Below, in pieces: positions 40,984 through 46,677 of a stretch of 46,677 bases of DNA. The notes below the pieces were generated by a model. That model ran no database searches and was not told where the DNA came from. It saw only the letters and a program-made list of their open reading frames with translations. Source of the DNA: an uncultured Candidatus Saccharibacteria bacterium. GTDB taxonomy: Bacteria > Patescibacteriota > Minisyncoccia > Phycocordibacterales > JACOZG01. The position numbers and the translations under genes were made by a program. The DNA lies in contig CAYICB010000006.1 of the NCBI GenBank assembly GCA_964361825.1, positions 1 through 46,677 on the forward strand. The letters run 5' to 3'. Position 1 is the stretch's first letter, and each line of letters opens with the position of its first letter.

Positions 40984-42063
40984 ATGACTGGAAACAAAAT
41001 TGGGCCGCGGTATGTAGTACAGGTTTATAATAAAGAATTTGATGCTTGGGGCTTCTTGGTGATCGATAATACCAAGCGCGGGCCGGGTAAGGGTGGGATT
41101 AGGATGACCCCGACCGTGACGGTAGAAGAAGTGGGAAGATTGGCCAGAGCGATGACCCTAAAGAACGCTCTCGCCGACATTGCCTTCGGTGGCGCTAAGG
41201 CTGGGATTGCTTTCGATCCGCGGAGTGCAAATAAGGCGGCCAAGAAAAAATTGGTGGAGTGGTTTGCCAAGGAACTCAAACCATTTTTACCAAAATATTA
41301 TATTGCCGGCCCGGATGTGAATATGGGCGAAGAAGAAATGGCCTGGTTTGTGGGCGCAGTGAAGGACAAGAAGGCCGCGACGGGTAAGCCGAAAAGGCTT
41401 AAGGGTCTGCCGCATGAGCTTGGTTCGACCGGCTTCGGTGTGGTAGAGGCCGTGAAGCTCGCGCTGAAATTTAAAAAAATTGATTTGAAAGATGCGACCA
41501 TCGCCATCGAAGGCTTCGGCAATGTGGGAACCTTCGCGATGCAATTTCTCACCGAACTGGGGGCAAAAGTGGTAGCAGTTTCGGACTCGAAAGGGACAAT
41601 TTATGATCCGGTGGGACTTGATTATGCCGAGCTGATGAAGGTGAAAAAGAAGACGGGAACAGTAACTCAATACCCAATAACTAAAAAACTAAATAACCAA
41701 GAAATATTTAGTCTGCCAGTAGATGTCCTTATTCCAGCCGCCTTGCCCGATGTGATTCACGCTGGCAATGCCGATAAAGTAAAAGCAAAGATCATTGTAG
41801 AAGGTGCCAACATTTCAATTACCAGTGAGGCTGAAGAAAAATTACATGCGCGCGGCGTGCTCATTATCCCCGGCATTCTCGCTAATGCTGGTGGCGTGAT
41901 TTCCTCCTTCGCCGAGCATAAAGGTTACAGCGCCGAGAAAATGTTTAAACTGGTGCGCGAAAAAATAAGTAAAAGCGTCTCCATTGCCCTCACGCGTCAT
42001 GCCAAAACCGGCAAACCCCTCCTCGAAATCGCAGCCCAAATGGCTTGGGAGAAGTTGGGTTAA
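40984..42063 (+). CDS. Glu/Leu/Phe/Val dehydrogenase family protein (short glutamate dehydrogenase-like)
   Basis: GPGKGGIRM catalytic Lys motif, GFGNVG Rossmann, EGANI. Confidence 0.88.
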   Translation: MTGNKIGPRYVVQVYNKEFDAWGFLVIDNTKRGPGKGGIRMTPTVTVEEVGRLARAMTLKNALADIAFGGAKAGIAFDPRSANKAAKKKLVEWFAKELKPFLPKYYIAGPDVNMGEEEMAWFVGAVKDKKAATGKPKRLKGLPHELGSTGFGVVEAVKLALKFKKIDLKDATIAIEGFGNVGTFAMQFLTELGAKVVAVSDSKGTIYDPVGLDYAELMKVKKKTGTVTQYPITKKLNNQEIFSLPVDVLIPAALPDVIHAGNADKVKAKIIVEGANISITSEAEEKLHARGVLIIPGILANAGGVISSFAEHKGYSAEKMFKLVREKISKSVSIALTRHAKTGKPLLEIAAQMAWEKLG

Positions 42064-42088
42064 AAATGGCCTAAAATAAGGCCATTTT
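42063..42088 (+). terminator. terminator hairpin
   Basis: AAAATGGCC-TAAAATAA-GGCCATTTT. Confidence 0.75.
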
Positions 42089-42105
42089 ACCCCACACCAA
42101 AACAC

Positions 42106-42134
42106 TTGACTTTTATATTTATCCATGCTAATCT
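42106..42134 (+). promoter_or_regulatory. promoter TTGACT-N17-TGcTAATCT, followed by a structured leader of about 100 nt
   Basis: Read directly. The leader contains ATTAGGAC-GCGTT-GTCCTAAT and GGC-GAAA-GCC hairpins. Confidence 0.6.
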
Positions 42135-42237
42135 ATTGGCGGATTGATCATTAGGACGCGTTGTCCTAATCGATGAAGGCGAAAGCCAGAAACGGGTGAT
42201 CGTTGAAACAAAACGTTCCCCGAAAAGGAGATGGCCA

Positions 42238-42531
42238 ATGACAGATTATTCTAACCTTGATGGGTGTGTGCTGATTACTCTCCGGCCTGGAGAGGAGAAA
42301 AGTAAGGCTTACAGAGAATGGGAAAAGTTCGGTAAACCTAACACTGTCGTGATTGACGTCAGTCAGGTTGACACGATGATGGCCATTGCTGTCGTCGTAG
42401 GATTTGTTCAGACTGCATCCAAGATCGAAGAACCACGCACTGTGCGCGTTATCAACCCAACGACGCAGACAGAGCTTGAGTTCGGGGGGCACGTTGGCCG
42501 CCCAAGAGAACCGTTCCGGATGCACTTCTGA
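42238..42531 (+). CDS. hypothetical protein (orphan)
   Basis: 97 aa from MTDYSNLDG. AAGGAG 7 nt before the ATG. Terminator at 42583-42610. Confidence 0.5.
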   Translation: MTDYSNLDGCVLITLRPGEEKSKAYREWEKFGKPNTVVIDVSQVDTMMAIAVVVGFVQTASKIEEPRTVRVINPTTQTELEFGGHVGRPREPFRMHF

Positions 42532-42582
42532 TAGGTTCTTTGGGAAAGTTCTAGGTCGTCGATGGCAAGACGTAAAATTACT

Positions 42583-42610
42583 AGAGACCTCGATTCGGGG
42601 TCTCTTTTTT
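42583..42610 (+). terminator. rho-independent terminator
   Basis: AGAGACC-TCGATTCGG-GGTCTCT followed by TTTTT. Confidence 0.85.
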
Positions 42611-42615
42611 GTTGG

Positions 42616-42645
42616 ACATTGAATGTTCAACATCGGATGTCGCAC
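42616..42645. promoter_or_regulatory. tandem palindromes ACATT-G-AATGT and ACATC-G-GATGT
   Basis: 42616-42626 and 42630-42640. GTTCAACATCGGATGTCGCAC matches the 40166 motif. Confidence 0.5.
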
Positions 42646-42747
42646 ACCTAGACTAATTCCCCTCTTGTGGTAATCTAACTTTGGATTTGAACGCGGCTGG
42701 CAGTGGGCTCGCCGTATAAATTTGGTAAAGGAATTAGGAGAACGAGC

Positions 42748-42945
42748 ATGTCTTTTGGCGTGGGGTTTGACGATGAAGACATCTGTCCTGCTGACATCTA
42801 TTTTCCTGTTTGTTGTTGTGATTCGCCCGATGGCCAGGCTAATGATATGTGCAAAAGGTGTCAGGGCGTGATTCCGTGGACTCAAGTTAAACCGTTTTCA
42901 ACCGACGACATGCCGGTGGGGCAAGACATGTGTCAGGCTGGTTGA
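42748..42945 (+). CDS. hypothetical Cys-rich 65-aa protein
   Basis: AGGAGA 7 nt before the ATG. 8 Cys including a CCC run (ICPADIYFPVCCCDSPDGQANDMCKRCQ). Terminator at 42967-42995. Confidence 0.45.
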   Translation: MSFGVGFDDEDICPADIYFPVCCCDSPDGQANDMCKRCQGVIPWTQVKPFSTDDMPVGQDMCQAG

Positions 42946-42966
42946 GGGATTGTGGGTATTTATTTC

Positions 42967-42995
42967 GGGGGCGTTGCTTGTAACGCTCCCGTTTT
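42967..42995. terminator. terminator hairpin between convergent genes
   Basis: GGGGGCGTT-GCTTGT-AACGCTCCC followed by GTTTT. Confidence 0.7.
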
Positions 42996-43015
42996 CTATC
43001 GCGTCAAACGCGACT

Positions 43016-44089
43016 TTATTCCTCCAAACTCGGTTTGTCGATTGTTAAGGTTTCGATGCCGTTATTGGTGCCGGCGATGCGGAGAACATCTTTGTCCACC
43101 TTTTTTAATTCTTTGTAAGCCGTATTGTAATGATTGACGGTGGTGCCTAGGGCATTGCCGAGTTTATTCATATATTGATCATAAGCGCCCAAGTGTTTGC
43201 CAAGCTCTTCTACCCGCGCGCGAATTTCTTTGGCGGATTCCTCAATTTGTAAGGCCTTCAAACCCTGAAGCACCGTTTGTAAATAAGCGAGGAAGGAAGT
43301 TGGCGAGACGATAATCACGCGATACTTCCCTGCCGCGCGCTGAATCAAGTTTTCTGTATCCTCGGTAATGGCGCCAATCTTATTAACCAAAAGATCATAG
43401 TAAATTGCCTCATGCGGGATAAACATGAAGGCGAAGTCCATTGTCCCCTCTTCGGGTCGAATGTATTTGGCAGTTTCAACAATGCGATTTTTGAGATCAC
43501 CAATAAACACTTTCTCGAGGCGTTCGCGCTCGCTCGGATCGCTCGCTTCCGTGAGGCGATTGTAATTCTCGAGCGAGAATTTAGAGTCAATTGGCACGAT
43601 TTTATCTTTCACAAACACGGCGGCGTCCACAATATTGCCATCGCGGAAGGGATACTGCATCTGATAACTGCCGGTTGGGAGCACATTCTTGAGCAAAGTT
43701 TCTAAGAAATATTCGCCCAATATTCCTCGTTGTTTCGGGTTCTTGAGCACATCTTGGAGCGATTTAAGCTGATCGGTGAAGCCAATCACTTGCTTATTGG
43801 TCTCGTCGAGCTTGGTGAGCCGCTCGGTAACATCGCGAATAATCCGATTTGATTCGCTCGCCTGCGTTTGGAGCGATTGATGAAGTTTGGTGCTGGAGTC
43901 GGAGAGTTTGGCCTCGATGAGGCGCGCCAACTCGGCATTGTTGCGCGAGAGTTCGTGAAGCTGGTTTTGGAGTAAAGTAAGAGCGCCATTATTTTCTGGA
44001 GCTTCTGGCTTTTTTTTCCGCAAAGCAAAAAACAAGACCGCAATTACGACTCCGCCCAGAACCCCGCCAATTAACCACAATAAGGTCAT
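43016..44089 (-). CDS. rmuC: DNA recombination protein RmuC
   Basis: N-terminal TM, long coiled coil, C-terminal RmuC nuclease-like region (VDAAVF...IVPIDSKF...FMFIPHEAIY). ATGA overlap with the ATPase stop. Confidence 0.88.
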   Translation of the reverse strand: MTLLWLIGGVLGGVVIAVLFFALRKKKPEAPENNGALTLLQNQLHELSRNNAELARLIEAKLSDSSTKLHQSLQTQASESNRIIRDVTERLTKLDETNKQVIGFTDQLKSLQDVLKNPKQRGILGEYFLETLLKNVLPTGSYQMQYPFRDGNIVDAAVFVKDKIVPIDSKFSLENYNRLTEASDPSERERLEKVFIGDLKNRIVETAKYIRPEEGTMDFAFMFIPHEAIYYDLLVNKIGAITEDTENLIQRAAGKYRVIIVSPTSFLAYLQTVLQGLKALQIEESAKEIRARVEELGKHLGAYDQYMNKLGNALGTTVNHYNTAYKELKKVDKDVLRIAGTNNGIETLTIDKPSLEE

Positions 44090-46677
44090 GCTTTTGTGGC
44101 CAATATCTTACTCTCCGTTTGGCGGAAAAGCCAGAATTTGGCGCCCTCGATGAGACTCAAATTTACCAAAGCAAAGAGCAGGCCGAGGCCAAGTTGCCCC
44201 CAAGTGACCGGTTCGAGGTGGAGGAGGTGGCGCAGGGGGTCGAGGGTTAGAGCGAGAAAAAGGGCTAAGAGGCTAGCGAGAAAAGCGGCAAAAAGTTGTT
44301 TATTGGAGAAAAGATTGATTTGCCAAAGAGGCGTGCGAAAGTTTTTGAGTGAGAAAACGAGGAAGAGAGAATCAAGCGAGAGAACGATAAACATCAGTGT
44401 TTGCACGCTTAAGCCTAAGGGTTCGCGAACCAAGGTGTAGAAGCCGATGAGGAGCAAACCCGAGATGGCGGTGGCCACAATAATAAAATAGAGCAAGGGT
44501 CCAGTAATAATTTTGCGCATCTCGGCCGAGCGCGGATCGCGAGCAATGACGCCGCGCTCGGCCGGCTCAAAGGCAAAAGCGAGGGCCATGAAGCCCTGTT
44601 CGATAAAATTGGTCCAGAGAATTTGCGTGGGTAAAATTGGTAACCCCAAACCCAAAATGAGCGCGGTGCCAACCAAAATTATTTCGCTCAAACTGGTAGA
44701 AAAAAGATAAGCCGTAGCCTTTTTTAAATTGTCTAAAATGCGCCTCCCCTCCTCAATGGCGGCGGTGATGACGCCAAAACTATTGTCGATCAAGACCAAG
44801 TCAGAAGACTCTTTGGCCAGATCCGTGCCCGAACCAAGGGCAATGCCAATATCGGCGTGACGCAGAGCGGGTGCATCGTTTACGCCATCGCCAGTCATGG
44901 CCACAATTTCGCCCTGTTTTTGCAATAAACGGAGAAGACGGAGCTTGTCTTCGGGCAAAAGTCGGGCAAAAACTCGATGCTTCTCTAAGAGTCCCATTAC
45001 TGCCTCGTCATTAAGTTTGGCTAATTCATCGCCGGTAACGGCTTTACCTCGAAGCTGAATTCCCAGATCGCTCGCCACCTTGCTCGCGGTGGCGGCATTA
45101 TCGCCCGTGGCCATAATAATTCTTAAGCCGGCGGCTTGCGCGCCAGCAATGGCCTCGGCCACATCATCGCGCACCGGATCAATTAGCGTGACCAAACCAG
45201 CAAACACTAGCTGTTGGAGTAATTTATTTGCTTCTAAACCCAAGTGGTCTTCCTCGGCTTCGCGATAAGCTACGGCTACCACCCGCGCGCCTTCACCCGC
45301 GGCGCGCGCAAATTCTTGCTCAAAATAATTGCGGTCGGCGGCGCGCAAAAGCACTTTTCTGCCCGCCTTCAGATAATGAGTGGCTCCGGTGAGCAAAGTT
45401 TCTGGCGCGCCAATCAAACTAAGCATTTTTTTATCAACCTGACCCTTTTTGAGCCCTTTGGCCTCATAAAGCACGGCGGCAAATCTTTGTTTGGAGTCGA
45501 AGGGTAAATAAGCCAAGCGTTCGCCACCAGCTTGAGCACTAGTGCGTGGCGGCGCCTCGTGGCCGTGTTCTAGAGCATGGGCCAAAATGGCGCGATCAAT
45601 CGGGCGACCAGAGAGCGCTGGCGGATAAGTTTCGCTCCCATTATTTTCCACAAAAGCGTCGGTGGCGCGCAGAGCGTGAGAAATGAGCGTTTTTTGATCC
45701 TTCGGCTCAATGAGACGAGTAATCAATTCCCCCACTTGCATCTCGGCGCGGGTAAGCGTGCCAGTTTTATCGGTTAAGATGACGGTGGTATTGCCCAAAG
45801 TTTCGGCGGCGACCAAATTTTTTACTAAACCACCGCGGCGGAGAATTAACTCTAAACCAATGGCTAAAATAATGGTGACGGCGACGGGTAAACCAGCCGG
45901 TAGCGCAGCCACGGCCATAGAAATTGAAAGAATTAAAGTTTCGCCGAAGCTCAAACCGCGCATGAGGGCCACCACCCCGAGCACAATAATTAAACCAATG
46001 ATCACCAAACTAATAATTTTAGACAAACGCTTAATCTCTTTTTGAAACGGCGTTTCTTGATTGAAGGGGCTCTCTAGGCTCTCGGCAATTTTGCCCAGTT
46101 CGGTGTGGGGGCCGGTCTCGGTAACGAGCGCCAGCGCCGTGCCAGACACAATAGTGGTGCCCATCCAGAGGAGATTGCGCGCCTCGGTGAGCCGAACTTC
46201 ACGATTAAGTTTTTCGGCCGATTTGGGCACCGAGAGCCATTCTCCGGTAAGATTGGCTTCGTTGAGCCATAAATTGGTGGCTTCGATAATCCGCGCGTCG
46301 GCTGGCACCTGATCGCCGGCGGTTAAAGAAATTAGATCCCCCGGCACCAAGAGTGCGGCGCGGAGTACTTGTTTGCGCCCATCGCGAATGACCGTGGCGA
46401 AATTTTCTTTAGCCTCGGAAATTTTTTTGAAGGCTTGGCCGGCACGGCGCTCTTGGCGCGCGCCGAGAGTGATATTGGCACTGGCGACTAAAAAAATTAC
46501 CAAACTGTCGGCCAGTTCTCCCAAAATTAAAGCCAGGGCGCTCGCACCAAGCAAGAGTAGGGTTAAAGGATTTTTGAATTCGCGATAAATAAGCTCCAGA
46601 AAAGTGGCATGATGATGCCGTACAAAAGCGTTTTCGCCATGCTCGGTGAGGCGTCGCTCGGCCTCGGCCGGACCGAG
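44086..46677 (-). CDS. cation-transporting P-type ATPase (type II, Ca/Mg-like), 5' end outside the window
   Basis: DKTGTLT, TGDNAATA, MTGDGVNDAPAL and PAGLP motifs. The frame stays open to 46677 (LGPAEAERRLTEHGENAF... is typical N-terminal sequence). Confidence 0.92.
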   Translation of the reverse strand, partial: LGPAEAERRLTEHGENAFVRHHHATFLELIYREFKNPLTLLLLGASALALILGELADSLVIFLVASANITLGARQERRAGQAFKKISEAKENFATVIRDGRKQVLRAALLVPGDLISLTAGDQVPADARIIEATNLWLNEANLTGEWLSVPKSAEKLNREVRLTEARNLLWMGTTIVSGTALALVTETGPHTELGKIAESLESPFNQETPFQKEIKRLSKIISLVIIGLIIVLGVVALMRGLSFGETLILSISMAVAALPAGLPVAVTIILAIGLELILRRGGLVKNLVAAETLGNTTVILTDKTGTLTRAEMQVGELITRLIEPKDQKTLISHALRATDAFVENNGSETYPPALSGRPIDRAILAHALEHGHEAPPRTSAQAGGERLAYLPFDSKQRFAAVLYEAKGLKKGQVDKKMLSLIGAPETLLTGATHYLKAGRKVLLRAADRNYFEQEFARAAGEGARVVAVAYREAEEDHLGLEANKLLQQLVFAGLVTLIDPVRDDVAEAIAGAQAAGLRIIMATGDNAATASKVASDLGIQLRGKAVTGDELAKLNDEAVMGLLEKHRVFARLLPEDKLRLLRLLQKQGEIVAMTGDGVNDAPALRHADIGIALGSGTDLAKESSDLVLIDNSFGVITAAIEEGRRILDNLKKATAYLFSTSLSEIILVGTALILGLGLPILPTQILWTNFIEQGFMALAFAFEPAERGVIARDPRSAEMRKIITGPLLYFIIVATAISGLLLIGFYTLVREPLGLSVQTLMFIVLSLDSLFLVFSLKNFRTPLWQINLFSNKQLFAAFLASLLALFLALTLDPLRHLLHLEPVTWGQLGLGLLFALVNLSLIEGAKFWLFRQTESKILATKA

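Noticed and set aside
42166-42885. 239-aa minus-strand ORF
   Set aside because: It is antisense to two plus-strand ORFs that each have a strong SD, a promoter and a rho-independent terminator. Its product is Arg/Ser/Pro-rich low complexity with no motif. It is most likely a by-product of local composition.

Overview
Dense 46.7 kb chromosomal segment with standard genetic code. Full-length conserved ORFs are obtained with TGA/TAA/TAG as stops. The gene content suggests a reduced-genome bacterium, most plausibly Candidate Phyla Radiation / Patescibacteria (inference only). It includes four aminoacyl-tRNA synthetases (trpS, a GAD-less aspS, a short gltX, cysS). The cell-wall set is uppP, a VanY-type M15 peptidase, an S11 carboxypeptidase, mraY-ftsW-murG with no intervening mur ligase, an M23 peptidase and an S41 protease. 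Also present are scpAB, dnaB, recR, rmuC, corA, a partial P-type ATPase, ribosomal proteins L27/L9/L21, and many small orphan secreted or membrane proteins. I found no rRNA, tRNA, CRISPR array, transposase or integrase. Main second-look items: (1) A family of GGCAAGG...CCTTGCC palindromic mini-elements. Three are inserted in frame inside cysS, and two 30-bp copies bracket a compositionally odd PKD-protein cassette. (2) A 1.9 kb block where three unrelated small membrane-protein genes reuse the same promoter and terminator modules. They are interleaved with a DUF5678-like gene and a frameshifted retropepsin-like protease. (3) A three-member family of small coiled-coil proteins with near-leaderless promoters, plus an associated ACATYNRATGT palindromic motif. 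(4) Pervasive leaderless-type promoters (TGnTAnnnT 5-8 nt before the start codon), including back-to-back divergent pairs in 20-55 bp intergenic gaps. (5) An M23 peptidase gene broken by one in-frame TAA flanked by A11 and T5 runs. (6) A PEP-CTERM protein and a beta-barrel-like lipoprotein that fit poorly with a monoderm CPR host. All functional calls rest on motif recognition by eye; no searches were run.
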